Shown here in pieces: positions 50,528 to 60,335 of a stretch of 64,000 bases of DNA. Location of the stretch: assembly GCA_934271465.1 (NCBI GenBank), contig CAKQRQ010000010.1, positions 951 through 64,950 on the forward strand. Reading direction: 5' to 3'. Positions within the stretch are counted from its first letter, which is position 1. Every line of letters begins with the position of its first letter. Below the pieces are notes generated by a model. The model saw nothing but the letters and a program-made list of their open reading frames with translations, did no database searches and was not told the origin of the DNA. Source of the DNA: an uncultured Alphaproteobacteria bacterium (GTDB taxonomy: Bacteria > Pseudomonadota > Alphaproteobacteria > RF32 > CAG-239). The position numbers were made by a program, and so were the translations under genes.

Positions 50528-51672
50528 TGTGAAAGAATCTCCTTAAAATTATTTAAACTTTCCATTTTCAACCGTTCAAACAATTGCATAAGAAATATTT
50601 GTTTTTTCTTATATCCTTGCTGATCAATTGTGATAGCTTCTTGCATACCTTTAGTTAAATCTTTTGAAATTATTGCATTTTCATTATCAAAACCATAAAA
50701 TGGTGCAAAATGTGGATGTATGACAGGAATCTTTCCAAATGCATATATAAGTTGAGCCGAACCAGTAACTCCGGTAGTAATGTAACGATTATGTTCAAAA
50801 TTTTCAGGATTTAACAACGGCAAATAAAAATCAGCTTCTTCCATATATCTAAACATCTCTGAAAAATTCAAACGTCCCGTTATTTCAATATATGAACGAA
50901 TTTCTTCTGGTAAATTTTCCAATTTACCTTTGCCAACGACAACAACCTTAAAATTTTGCTTTAACGCAACTAATTCTTTAATCGCCGAAATCAATTTCTG
51001 ATGATCTTTACGTTCTTGTTGTATTCCTCCAACACATATAAATACGGTCTTTTTTCCTTTTTGTGTTATATTAATACTTCCAAACAAAAGCGGAGAAGCA
51101 AACACTGTTTGAGGGAAATGTCCCAAAGTTATGAGATGTTTTTGTTTGCAGAAAGAACGTTCATTAAAACGGTTTATATCATTTAAATCATGTTCTACAA
51201 TAAACAATGAATGGTGCTTTCTCAACTGTGGATAATAATTTAATACGGACATATACATACCATTAACGCAATAAAAATAAGCAGCTGAGCTCATTAGAAT
51301 AATATGTTTATATTCATAAAATTTTCTAGATGCCAAAAAAAACTTCATCAATGAAAAATCGGACATAAAAACAAAAACATTTGAAATATCTAAACGACAA
51401 AATGGATTTTCTTTTACTATTATCGGATTTACAAGTATATCAACATTATATCCAATATCTTGAAAATATTTCAAATAACCGCCTATAACCTCCCCATGAG
51501 TATTATTTACTTCAACAAGTAATACACTATTTTTCCTCGTTTTCATCTTTAAAAATTTATACAAATTGCAAAAATCCTGTATATTTAAATGCATTAAATA
51601 ATTACGAAAATAGCGACGTTTATTTCTATTAAAAATAAGGAACGTTAACAACCTCGCAATAAACTTTTTCAT
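50524..51672 (-). CDS. glycosyltransferase family 1 (GT4-like)
   Basis: C-terminal GT-B nucleotide-binding motif (ICVGGIQQERK...EADFYLPL...TGVTGSAQLI). Confidence 0.65.
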   Translation of the reverse strand: MKKFIARLLTFLIFNRNKRRYFRNYLMHLNIQDFCNLYKFLKMKTRKNSVLLVEVNNTHGEVIGGYLKYFQDIGYNVDILVNPIIVKENPFCRLDISNVFVFMSDFSLMKFFLASRKFYEYKHIILMSSAAYFYCVNGMYMSVLNYYPQLRKHHSLFIVEHDLNDINRFNERSFCKQKHLITLGHFPQTVFASPLLFGSINITQKGKKTVFICVGGIQQERKDHQKLISAIKELVALKQNFKVVVVGKGKLENLPEEIRSYIEITGRLNFSEMFRYMEEADFYLPLLNPENFEHNRYITTGVTGSAQLIYAFGKIPVIHPHFAPFYGFDNENAIISKDLTKGMQEAITIDQQGYKKKQIFLMQLFERLKMESLNNFKEILSQ

Positions 51673-53024
51673 GCCTTCCCCCACTGTTCTAATATCCAAG
51701 AAGATGAATTCATTTTACTGCTTCCGCCAACTCCAAAAGCTAAATCCACATGGCATTCCTCACATACCGGATGTTCCGGTATATTATCTTTTCCCCTATC
51801 TCCACCATTTGCAAAGACCAAATGTATATTAGGATATTTAACTTTAGCTTTTCTTATTCCGTCACTTGCTGAGCCATCAGAATCATCAAATTCAATAACA
51901 TCCACAACGCCTTTAAGGTTTTCTAAAATCGATTTCCGTGTCTGTATTGAATAAAAATTTTTTCCTTTTTTTCGTTTTAACCATTCATCAGAATTAACTA
52001 AAACTATCACCCCATCTGAAGCGGACGAAGCGGCCTTTATCATTTCTATATGTCCCTCGTGAATAGGATCGAAGCCACCTGACACAATGTAATAAGTTAA
52101 CTTTGAATTGTTTTTTAATAAAAACAACTTTTTCAAAAAGTTAAGAATCGTTTGTTTAAAAATTCTTCTAGAACGTTTTCTAATTAGTCTGTCTGACAAT
52201 GATGTCTGTTGCAAAAGCCCCTTAACCTTCAAAAAATCTTTTGGATCCATTTTTTTGATATTCAAAAAATTTATTATACAAAAATCACTTAAAGCTCTTT
52301 TATCTTCCTCTAAACAAGCTTTTTTTCTCGCAAAATCCATAATCATTCTGAAAATAGAAATACTGTCCTGTATACGCTTAATTTCTTTTGCGGGATCTCG
52401 TGTTGTGCTATTCGGATTACAAACATAATTATATCCAGAACCATCTATAACTGAAAACTTATCAGAATAAAACAAAGCATTAATAACAAATAAATTATCT
52501 TCCCAATAAAGCCCTTCAGGAAAAATAATTTGATTATTTTTAATAAGGTCAATTTTATATATTTTATCCCAAACACCACCATGAGGCAAAACTTTAACTT
52601 TATCTGAAAATTTTGTTAAAATTTTATGCCCAAAGTGAGTCTGTTTAACACTCTTTCTCTCAACATATTTTGTATTTGTCATAACAATATCGGCATTTAC
52701 ATATTGAGCTTCAGTAAACAAATCCATCAAAAATTCAGCATCATAAAAGTCATCAGAATCTAAAAAACAAACATATTGACCAGAAACTAGCTTAAGTGCT
52801 CTATTACGAGCAGCAGCCTGACCTTGATTCTCCTGTGTCACAACCTTTATTCGAGAATCTTTTGCAGCATATCGATTCAAAATTTCAACACTGCCATCTG
52901 TCGACCCGTCATTAACAACAATCGCTTCCCAGTCTTGAAATGTCTGAGCCAAAACAGAATCCAGACATTTTGCAACATACTTTTCGCAATTATAACAAGG
53001 GATAATTACCGAAATCTTAGGCAT
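51669..53024 (-). CDS. family-2 glycosyltransferase fused to C-terminal cytidylyltransferase-like (HIGH-motif nucleotidyltransferase) domain
   Basis: N-terminal ISVIIPCYNCEKYVAKCLDSVLAQTF...FLDSDD GT2 motifs; C-terminal YYIVSGGFDPIHEGHIEMI nucleotidyltransferase motif. Confidence 0.75.
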   Translation of the reverse strand: MPKISVIIPCYNCEKYVAKCLDSVLAQTFQDWEAIVVNDGSTDGSVEILNRYAAKDSRIKVVTQENQGQAAARNRALKLVSGQYVCFLDSDDFYDAEFLMDLFTEAQYVNADIVMTNTKYVERKSVKQTHFGHKILTKFSDKVKVLPHGGVWDKIYKIDLIKNNQIIFPEGLYWEDNLFVINALFYSDKFSVIDGSGYNYVCNPNSTTRDPAKEIKRIQDSISIFRMIMDFARKKACLEEDKRALSDFCIINFLNIKKMDPKDFLKVKGLLQQTSLSDRLIRKRSRRIFKQTILNFLKKLFLLKNNSKLTYYIVSGGFDPIHEGHIEMIKAASSASDGVIVLVNSDEWLKRKKGKNFYSIQTRKSILENLKGVVDVIEFDDSDGSASDGIRKAKVKYPNIHLVFANGGDRGKDNIPEHPVCEECHVDLAFGVGGSSKMNSSSWILEQWGKA

Positions 53025-53889
53025 GATTCTGTCCCCCGTTCTTCAACTTAATTGTCATTTTGCTTGTCAACAGCGGGATTTTTTCAAACAAATAGACCTT
53101 TGTTCGGTTGCCCTGACGAGTAATCGTCAAAAACGGAATTATCCCAAACAGGTTTATCCTCGTTGTCCGCTTGGCTTTCAGCAAAAATTCTTCATACAGC
53201 GCCGGATTAGCCGCTCTCACAAATGCCCAAACCGCAAAGCCTGCATTCTTCATCTTTTCCGCCTGATGATGCGTCGTGTTGTTCTCATGATCCCGATAAT
53301 GAAACAACACTTCCGGCAAATTATGAAACTTCGTTACGCCTATCAGCCTGCTCCACAACGCATAATCTTCCGCCGGACTATACTCTTCCTCATACCTGAC
53401 ATTGTTCTTTGTTAGAACAGATTTCCGTATCATCGCCGCCGAATGTGATATTGCGCACACGCTCATCAGCGCCAGTTTAATCTCATGGTCATTTTCCAAA
53501 CATTCAGAATATGTTCCTCGTATCATATTCTTGATTTTGCAACTAACCACGCCGACTTCCGGATGTGCGTCCAGATACGCAACTTCTTTTTCCAAACGCT
53601 CCGGCAATGAGATATCGTCATGATCAAACACAGCCAAATACTCGCCCTTGGCCATATCTATCAATTTGTTTCGGCTCGGCGTTATTCCGAGATTATGCTC
53701 ATTTTTACTATATTTGATACGCGCATCATGATAAGACTTAACTATCTCCTCCCGATTATCTTCAGGACAATCGTCTAATATCAAAAACTCAAAGTCGCTA
53801 AAAGTCTGCGCCAAGATACTTTCTATCGCCTCGCGCAGATATGATTCCTTGGTTCTATACACCGGCATTAATACGGATACTTTAGGCAC
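53017..53889 (-). CDS. family-2 glycosyltransferase
   Basis: VSVLMPVYRTKESYLREAIESILAQTF...VFDHDD motifs. Likely GTG start at 53887-53889 with ggaggg RBS (the ORF-track ATG at 53958 overlaps the upstream gene). Confidence 0.75.
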   Translation of the reverse strand: MPKVSVLMPVYRTKESYLREAIESILAQTFSDFEFLILDDCPEDNREEIVKSYHDARIKYSKNEHNLGITPSRNKLIDMAKGEYLAVFDHDDISLPERLEKEVAYLDAHPEVGVVSCKIKNMIRGTYSECLENDHEIKLALMSVCAISHSAAMIRKSVLTKNNVRYEEEYSPAEDYALWSRLIGVTKFHNLPEVLFHYRDHENNTTHHQAEKMKNAGFAVWAFVRAANPALYEEFLLKAKRTTRINLFGIIPFLTITRQGNRTKVYLFEKIPLLTSKMTIKLKNGGQNHA

Positions 53890-54466
53890 GGACGCCCTCC
53901 TGAGTAATACTCTGATTTTTCTTGATATAGGCAAGGAGCGAGGTGTAGCCGCAGCCAAGTTCGGCCGCCAGCTGGCGTTTGCTCATGCCGGTTGACAGAC
54001 GCTGCTTAATCAGCTTGTCCTTATCCGCCAAAGATGCCATTTGATTATCGCCCTTAAACGGTCGACCGCGCTTTTTGCCTGATTTCAGCAAATTTTCTTG
54101 AATATTCTTGTTTTTGACTGACAAAACGGACTTATAAAGTTGCAAACAAATTTGAGCTGTCGTGTCAAAAGCCTGCGGCATCATGGTGTCAATTTGTAGA
54201 TTATTGCCGACGATATAAATTCGCACACCGCGCTGCGCCAACCGGCTGACCGACTGAATAACTTCTTCAAAACCGTTACCCAAAGCCCTCACATCTTCAA
54301 TCATAAAGACATCACCGGAATGCAGGCGCGATAAATTGGCCTCACTTAAAGCTTGAGCTTTGATAAACCGCTGAATGGTAAAATTGCAGGTGTGAGCATA
54401 CTCAAACAACAAACACTCTTGCTGCTTGCCCGATAGTCCCGTTTTATTTATAAATGCCGCTATCAT
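53882..54466 (-). CDS. small serine-recombinase (resolvase/invertase)-like protein, non-canonical active site
   Basis: 194 aa. Resolvase-like N-terminal domain (..GLSGKQQ.. aligned to RVSTxxQ; RLHSGDVFMIEDVRALGNG aligned to GDTLVVWKLDRLGRS; RLAQRGVRIYIV) and C-terminal HTH (MSKRQLAAELGCGYTSLLAYIKK). Two conserved catalytic Arg appear substituted. Confidence 0.55.
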   Translation of the reverse strand: MIAAFINKTGLSGKQQECLLFEYAHTCNFTIQRFIKAQALSEANLSRLHSGDVFMIEDVRALGNGFEEVIQSVSRLAQRGVRIYIVGNNLQIDTMMPQAFDTTAQICLQLYKSVLSVKNKNIQENLLKSGKKRGRPFKGDNQMASLADKDKLIKQRLSTGMSKRQLAAELGCGYTSLLAYIKKNQSITQEGVRA

Positions 54467-54513
54467 TCAGCCCAAACCTTTATCTTATAACACTTTACCA
54501 GCGGCGATTCGAT

Positions 54514-54658
54514 TCTTCATAAACCACCGTCTAGAATATATATCAGACCTTTTACACTATTAAAAAGAACAATGCAACCCAAAAGTTGGGTTTTCCTGTA
54601 TTTTTGCCATTTTACAAATTGTTGATTTTGTTTGTTCGCAAACGGTGGTTTATGAAGA
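54514..54658. promoter_or_regulatory. candidate invertible DNA segment flanked by 17-bp perfect inverted repeats
   Basis: tcttcataaaccaccgt (54514-54530) and its exact reverse complement acggtggtttatgaaga (54642-54658) flank 111 bp carrying TTGCAT-N17-TAAAAG-like promoter elements; it lies immediately upstream of the recombinase-like gene heading the glycan operon. Confidence 0.45.
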
Positions 54659-54733
54659 TTTGATGCAAACACGGCTGCTCGGCCGTTTTTTTGTAAAAAA
54701 AATCCGCCAAAGAAACACTCTTCCGGCGGAAAA

Positions 54734-54807
54734 TGGAGCAGGTAACGGGAATCGAACCCGCATATTAAGCTTGGGAAGCTCACATTCTACCATTGAATTA
54801 TACCTGC
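54734..54807 (-). tRNA. tRNA-Gly (anticodon CCC)
   Basis: Reverse complement GCAGGTATAATTCAATGGTAGAATGTGAGCTTCCCAAGCTTAATATGCGGGTTCGATTCCCGTTACCTGCTCCA; cloverleaf with anticodon loop TTCCCAA and terminal CCA. Confidence 0.85.
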
Positions 54808-54864
54808 AAGCTGTTGCCGAATTATTTACTCCAAATAAATTCACTTGGCAACAAAATATTTAAG

Positions 54865-56439
54865 TTATTCCTTCACTTTGGCAAATTTGACCTTAGGAAA
54901 GTCCTCCTGCGCCTTGTTCAAATGCCAAGCATTGCGCGCCAAAAAGACCAAAGCTCCGTCATTATCTTCGGCCAAATTCAAACGGTTGGCATCTGTAAAT
55001 TTCTTCATCTCCAGTTTATCTTCCGAGGACACCCACCGCGCGGTAAAATACTGAGTCGGTTCAAACATGACCGGCAGATTAAACTCATTTTTAATCCTGT
55101 CCGCCATAACCTCAAACTGCAAAACGCCTACAACGCCCACAATCCATTCCGCGCCGACCACCGGCTTAAACACGCTCGCGCCGCCCTCTTCGGCAATCTG
55201 TTTCAGCGCGTCGCCCAAATGCTTGGATTTCAAAGGATCCAGCGCCCGTGCCGATTTCAAAAGTTCCGGCGCAAAAGCCGGTATCCCTGTAAAGTTAATC
55301 TTTTCGCCCTCGGTCAAACTATCTCCGATTCTAAGTTGCCCGTGGTTGGGGATTCCGATAATATCCCCTGCAAACGCATCTTCCGCAAGCTCCCGCTCTT
55401 GAGCCAAAAACATAACCGGCGTCGGCACCTTAAGTCCCTTGCCCGTGCGCACCTGCGTCAAAGTCATTCCCCGTTTAAAATGCCCCGAACAAATCCGCAT
55501 AAAGGCAATCCTGTCACGATGTTTCGGATCCATATTTGCCTGAATCTTAAACACAAACCCCGTCACCTTGCCCTCATCGGGATTAACCATTCGTTCCACC
55601 GCCGGATGAGGTCTCGGAGTCGGCGCAAATCGGTGTAATCCTTCCAAAACCTCCCTCACGCCAAAATTATTGATGGCGCTTCCAAAAAAGACAGGAGTCA
55701 CAGTTCCGGCCAAATAGGCCTCCAAGTCAAACTTAGGGCACAATTCCTCAATCATCATCACATCTTCACGCAGTTTGGCCACCTGATGCGCCGGCAACAA
55801 CTCGTCCAACTTTGGATCATCCAACCCTGAACATGTCTCAATCACGCTGTTAACGGTTGACTTATCGCCGGTTTTGCTCATCAAAATCATGCGGTTGTTC
55901 AAAATATCATAACACCCTTTAAAGTCTTTACCTGATCCAACCGGCCAACTTGCCGGTGTCACATCCAAAGCCAACGTGCGTTCAATCTCGTCCAACAACG
56001 CAAACGGATCCTGCCCCTCTCGGTCAAGTTTGTTGATAAAGGTAATAATCGGCACATCTCTCAGCCGGCAAACCTCAAACAGTTTCTTGGTCTGAGCCTC
56101 AATACCTTTGGCCGAGTCCAAGACCATCACGGCCGAATCAACCGCCGTCAGCACACGATACGTATCTTCCGAAAAGTCCTCATGCCCCGGTGTATCCAAC
56201 AGGTTAAAAGTAATTCCGTCATAGTCAAAAGTCATCACGGACGAAGCCACCGAAATTCCGCGCTCCTGCTCCACTTTCATCCAGTCCGACCGCGCACGGC
56301 GGTTTTCGCCGCGGGCTTTAACGGCGCCAGCCTGCTGAATAGCCCCCCCGAACAACAGCAATTTTTCGGTCAAAGTTGTCTTACCGGCGTCAGGGTGGGA
56401 AATAATCGCAAAAGTTTTGCGCGGATTAACTTGTGTCAT
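54865..56439 (-). CDS. prfC: peptide chain release factor 3
   Basis: AIISHPDAGKTTLTEKLL GTPase G1, DTPGHEDF, NKLD; 524 aa. Confidence 0.9.
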   Translation of the reverse strand: MTQVNPRKTFAIISHPDAGKTTLTEKLLLFGGAIQQAGAVKARGENRRARSDWMKVEQERGISVASSVMTFDYDGITFNLLDTPGHEDFSEDTYRVLTAVDSAVMVLDSAKGIEAQTKKLFEVCRLRDVPIITFINKLDREGQDPFALLDEIERTLALDVTPASWPVGSGKDFKGCYDILNNRMILMSKTGDKSTVNSVIETCSGLDDPKLDELLPAHQVAKLREDVMMIEELCPKFDLEAYLAGTVTPVFFGSAINNFGVREVLEGLHRFAPTPRPHPAVERMVNPDEGKVTGFVFKIQANMDPKHRDRIAFMRICSGHFKRGMTLTQVRTGKGLKVPTPVMFLAQERELAEDAFAGDIIGIPNHGQLRIGDSLTEGEKINFTGIPAFAPELLKSARALDPLKSKHLGDALKQIAEEGGASVFKPVVGAEWIVGVVGVLQFEVMADRIKNEFNLPVMFEPTQYFTARWVSSEDKLEMKKFTDANRLNLAEDNDGALVFLARNAWHLNKAQEDFPKVKFAKVKE

Positions 56440-56554
56440 GATACAAACTCCTCTTAACCTGCGCTTTTACCCGAAAACAAAGCCCCTGTCAAGAGGCAAC
56501 AAAAAGCCCTCTCCTTTTATCAAAAGAGAGGGCTCATGAGCTCAAAATCAGACT

Positions 56555-57382
56555 TTATTTACCGATTTCGTTTCCTTTGGTGTCATATTTGACAACCTTG
56601 GCCTTGTCCTGCAAATTCTTAATTAAATCGCCCATAGATTTTTGCGCCAGCATAGCTTTAAGCTGGGGCTCAATCTGTTTCATAGGCTGCGGTTTGGCGG
56701 TGCGGATGTCCTCAACCAAAATGACGTGATACCCGAACTGTGTCTTGACCGGAGTCTTTGTATATTGGCCTTTTTTCAGCTTAAAAGCCGCATCGGCAAA
56801 TTCAGGCACCATCATATCTTTTGTGAAATACCCCAAATCAGCTGGTTCTTTGGAATATTCCTTAGCCAATTTCTCAAAATTGCCGTCTTTCTGGAATTTA
56901 GCAATAACTTCTTTAGCCTTGGCCTCGGAATTAACCAAAATATGTTTGGCCTTAATTTCCTGTTCGCCATGGAAAGTCTTTTTGTAATCTTCATACAACT
57001 TTTTGACAGCCGCGTCATTGACCTGAGCTCTGACCTGTTTGTCCAGATAAATCTTGCGAGCCAATTCCTCTTTCAGGCTTTTGAGCTGATTCTTATACTC
57101 GGGCGTTTCCTCAACCTTAGCTGCCTCAGCCGCCTGATAAACAATCTCGCCGTCAACAAAAATATCCAAAGTTTTCTCATAAAACTCATCAAACGAAGCC
57201 TTTTCCTTAACAGCCGGATTAGCTTCATAAGCAGTTTTGATGTCGGCAACCGTAATTTTTTTGCCGTTGACGACAGCCGCAACGCCGTCTTTTCCGGCAG
57301 CCAAAGACGTTCCCGACTGCAGCAAAGCCAAGCCGAAAGCCGCCAACAGCAAATATTTTTTGTTCATATCCTTTTCCTCCAC
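56555..57382 (-). CDS. parvulin-type peptidyl-prolyl isomerase (SurA/PpiC-like), periplasmic
   Basis: Signal peptide; C-terminal parvulin domain (AKHILV...FGYHVILVEDIR). Confidence 0.75.
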   Translation of the reverse strand: MEEKDMNKKYLLLAAFGLALLQSGTSLAAGKDGVAAVVNGKKITVADIKTAYEANPAVKEKASFDEFYEKTLDIFVDGEIVYQAAEAAKVEETPEYKNQLKSLKEELARKIYLDKQVRAQVNDAAVKKLYEDYKKTFHGEQEIKAKHILVNSEAKAKEVIAKFQKDGNFEKLAKEYSKEPADLGYFTKDMMVPEFADAAFKLKKGQYTKTPVKTQFGYHVILVEDIRTAKPQPMKQIEPQLKAMLAQKSMGDLIKNLQDKAKVVKYDTKGNEIGK

Positions 57383-57542
57383 ATAAAAAAAACTTCATCT
57401 TCTGAAGTTATATAATAAAAAGTCGAAAAATTCCAAGATATTTTTTTTGCTGGTTTATAACTCCGTCAGTCTCTTGACTCTGCACATTTAAAACACTAAA
57501 TGTAGACTATTGCATAATTTATAATAACTAAGGATAAGAAGA

Positions 57543-60272
57543 ATGATAGGTAGCCTTGCCCGCAAAATTTTCGGTTCAGCCAATGACCGCTATATCAAAA
57601 AACAATACAAAGTTGTCGAAAGAATCAACGCCCTTGAACCGGAAATCTCTGCCCTGACGGACGAACAGCTCCGCGCCAAAACAGACGAATTTAAAAACAG
57701 AATCAAACAAGGCGAAACCCTAGACGAGCTTTTGCCCGAAGCTTTTGCCGTTGTCCGCGAAGCCGCCAAGCGCACTCTCGGCCAACGTCATTATGATGTT
57801 CAGCTCATCGGCGGTATCGTTTTGCACCACGGCCAAATCGCCGAGATGAAAACCGGCGAAGGCAAAACCCTTGTCGCCACATTGGCTGCTTACCTTAATG
57901 CATTAGACGGCAAAGGCGTGCACATTGTCACGGTCAACGACTATCTGGCCAAGCGCGATGCCGAATGGATGGGGCAGGTTTACCGCTTTTTGGGCTTAAC
58001 CGTTGATTATATCGTCCATGAAAAAGACGACGATCAGCGCCGTGCGGCTTACAACGCCGATATTTTATACGGCACAAACAACGAGCTCGGCTTTGACTAC
58101 CTGCGCGACAATATGAAATTCCGTTTGTCGGATATGGTTCAGCGTCCTTTCAATTATGCCATTGTGGACGAAGTTGACTCCATTTTGATTGATGAGGCGC
58201 GCACCCCGTTGATTATCTCGGGCGCAGCCGAAGACAGTTCCGAAAAATATATTTTGGTTAACAGTATTATTCCAAAATTGTCCGAAGATGACTATGAAAA
58301 AGACGAAAAAGCTCGTCAGGTCACCCTAACCGAAAAAGGCATGACCCATGTTGAAGAGCTCCTCAAACAAGTCGGGCTAATCACAGACGGCGGTTTATAT
58401 GACTTGGGCAACGTCAGTCTGGTTCATCACGTCAATCAGGCTTTGCGGGCACACAAAATGCACACCAAAGACGTCGACTATATTGTCAAAGACGGCAAAG
58501 TAATGATTATTGACGAATTTACAGGGCGCATGATGGAAGGCCGCCGCTATTCCGACGGGCTGCATCAGGCGATTGAGGCCAAGGAAGGCGTTCAAATCCA
58601 GTCCGAGAACCAAACACTTGCGTCGATTACTTTCCAAAACTATTTCCGCCTATATCCAAAACTGGCAGGCATGACCGGCACTGCCATGACGGAAGAAGCC
58701 GAATTTAACGACATTTACAACCTGACCTGTGTCGAAATTCCGACAAACCGCCCTGTTGCGCGTCAGGATTTGCATGACGAGATTTACCGCACCGAAAGAG
58801 AAAAGTTTGACGCAATTATCAAAACAATTATCGAGTGCCACGAAAAAGGCCAGCCGGTTTTGGTCGGCACAGCCTCAATCGAAAAATCGGAACTTGTTGC
58901 GGACTTGCTTTCCAAGAAAACTGACCTCAAATTTGAAGTTCTGAACGCCCGCCATCACGAACGCGAGGCTTATATTGTCGCCCAAGCCGGTGTATCGGGC
59001 GCCATTACCATTGCCACCAACATGGCTGGCCGAGGCACGGACATTCAGCTTGGCGGTAACGTCGACATGCGCCTCAAAACCGCGCTCAAAGGCGACGAAA
59101 CACCCGAGCAAATAGAGGCTCTACGCCAACAGATTAAAGCCGAGGTTGAAGCTGATAAAGAAAAAGTCAAAGCCGCCGGCGGGTTGTATATCTTGGGCAC
59201 GGAACGCCACGAAAGCCGCCGTATCGACAACCAATTGCGCGGCCGTTCCGGACGTCAGGGCGACCCTGGGACATCAAAATTTTTCCTGTCCCTTGAAGAC
59301 GACCTGATGCGCATTTTCGGATCCGAACGCATGAGCATTATGTTGCAGCGTCTGGGACTTCCCGAAGGCGAACCGCTTGTTCATCCATGGATAAGCAAAG
59401 CACTTGAAAAAGCGCAGCAAAAGGTCGAAGAGCGCAACTTTGACATTCGTAAAAATCTGCTCAAATACGACAACGTGATGAATGAGCAACGCAAAGTTAT
59501 TTACGAACAGCGCAAAGAATTGATGGAAACGGACGACGTCTCCGAAACCGTGACAGACATGTGCCATGACCAGATTCGCAACGTCATTTACAAAGACATT
59601 GTTTACGGCTCTTCGCCCAAAGAATGGAACGCCGAGGCGATCAAAAACGATTTGGCGCGCTTGACAGGGCTGATTATGCCGATTGAAGAATGGATTAACG
59701 CTGACGAGACAGACGCCGAGACCTTTGTCGAAAAAGTAACCGACGCCGTCGACGCCGCCCAAAAGGCCAAAAACGCCAACGTGCCGAAAGACATTTTGAA
59801 ACTGGTTCGCAAATCAATTCTGTTGCAGGAGCTTGATACTTTATGGAAAGACCATATTGCCACCTTGGAATATATGCGCCACACGATTGTGCTTAGGGCT
59901 TATGGGCAGAAAGATCCCTTAAACGAATATAAAAAAGAGGCTTTCAATCTCTTTTCGGATATGCTCAACCAGCTGGGCGAAAAAGTTGCGTTCATTATGC
60001 TGCGCACGGTTATTCAACAAAATTCGGCCTCTGATTTGGAAGAAAAGAACTCTCGTCCGGCTGAAATGAAAGAAGTTCACGAAAGTCCGGTTAACCTGCT
60101 CTCGGGCAAAGCCGAACAAACACCCGAAGAGCCCGAAAAACAAACGCCGTTTATCTATGGAGCGCAAAAAATAGATCCAAAAGACCCAAAGACATGGGGC
60201 AAAGTCGCCCGAAACGATCCCTGTCCGTGTGGAAGCGGCAAAAAATATAAACATTGCCACGGACAATTTTAG
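57543..60272 (+). CDS. secA: preprotein translocase ATPase SecA
   Basis: 909 aa with DEAD-like motor motifs ([32 protein letters not shown]) and a C-terminal zinc finger [14 protein letters not shown]. Confidence 0.95.
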   Translation: MIGSLARKIFGSANDRYIKKQYKVVERINALEPEISALTDEQLRAKTDEFKNRIKQGETLDELLPEAFAVVREAAKRTLGQRHYDVQLIGGIVLHHGQIAEMKTGEGKTLVATLAAYLNALDGKGVHIVTVNDYLAKRDAEWMGQVYRFLGLTVDYIVHEKDDDQRRAAYNADILYGTNNELGFDYLRDNMKFRLSDMVQRPFNYAIVDEVDSILIDEARTPLIISGAAEDSSEKYILVNSIIPKLSEDDYEKDEKARQVTLTEKGMTHVEELLKQVGLITDGGLYDLGNVSLVHHVNQALRAHKMHTKDVDYIVKDGKVMIIDEFTGRMMEGRRYSDGLHQAIEAKEGVQIQSENQTLASITFQNYFRLYPKLAGMTGTAMTEEAEFNDIYNLTCVEIPTNRPVARQDLHDEIYRTEREKFDAIIKTIIECHEKGQPVLVGTASIEKSELVADLLSKKTDLKFEVLNARHHEREAYIVAQAGVSGAITIATNMAGRGTDIQLGGNVDMRLKTALKGDETPEQIEALRQQIKAEVEADKEKVKAAGGLYILGTERHESRRIDNQLRGRSGRQGDPGTSKFFLSLEDDLMRIFGSERMSIMLQRLGLPEGEPLVHPWISKALEKAQQKVEERNFDIRKNLLKYDNVMNEQRKVIYEQRKELMETDDVSETVTDMCHDQIRNVIYKDIVYGSSPKEWNAEAIKNDLARLTGLIMPIEEWINADETDAETFVEKVTDAVDAAQKAKNANVPKDILKLVRKSILLQELDTLWKDHIATLEYMRHTIVLRAYGQKDPLNEYKKEAFNLFSDMLNQLGEKVAFIMLRTVIQQNSASDLEEKNSRPAEMKEVHESPVNLLSGKAEQTPEEPEKQTPFIYGAQKIDPKDPKTWGKVARNDPCPCGSGKKYKHCHGQF

Positions 60273-60335
60273 TCCTTTTCTAAAAAGCCCTGATGAAAAA
60301 TCAGGGCTTTTTATTTTTTCTTAGTAGAAGAATTT

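Noticed and set aside
54467-54733. Possibility that the tRNA-Gly-adjacent glycan locus is a classical integrase-mediated genomic island
   Set aside because: I found no direct repeat of the tRNA-Gly 3' end at the distal boundary (about 45100 or 46250) and no tyrosine integrase. The adjacent recombinase is a small serine-type protein, so an invertible-switch interpretation fits better than an att-site island.
54517-55638. ORFs 54517-54783(-), 54645-54863(+), 54650-54844(-), 54793-55638(+)
   Set aside because: They overlap tRNA-Gly and the candidate switch region, or are antisense to prfC; composition-driven.
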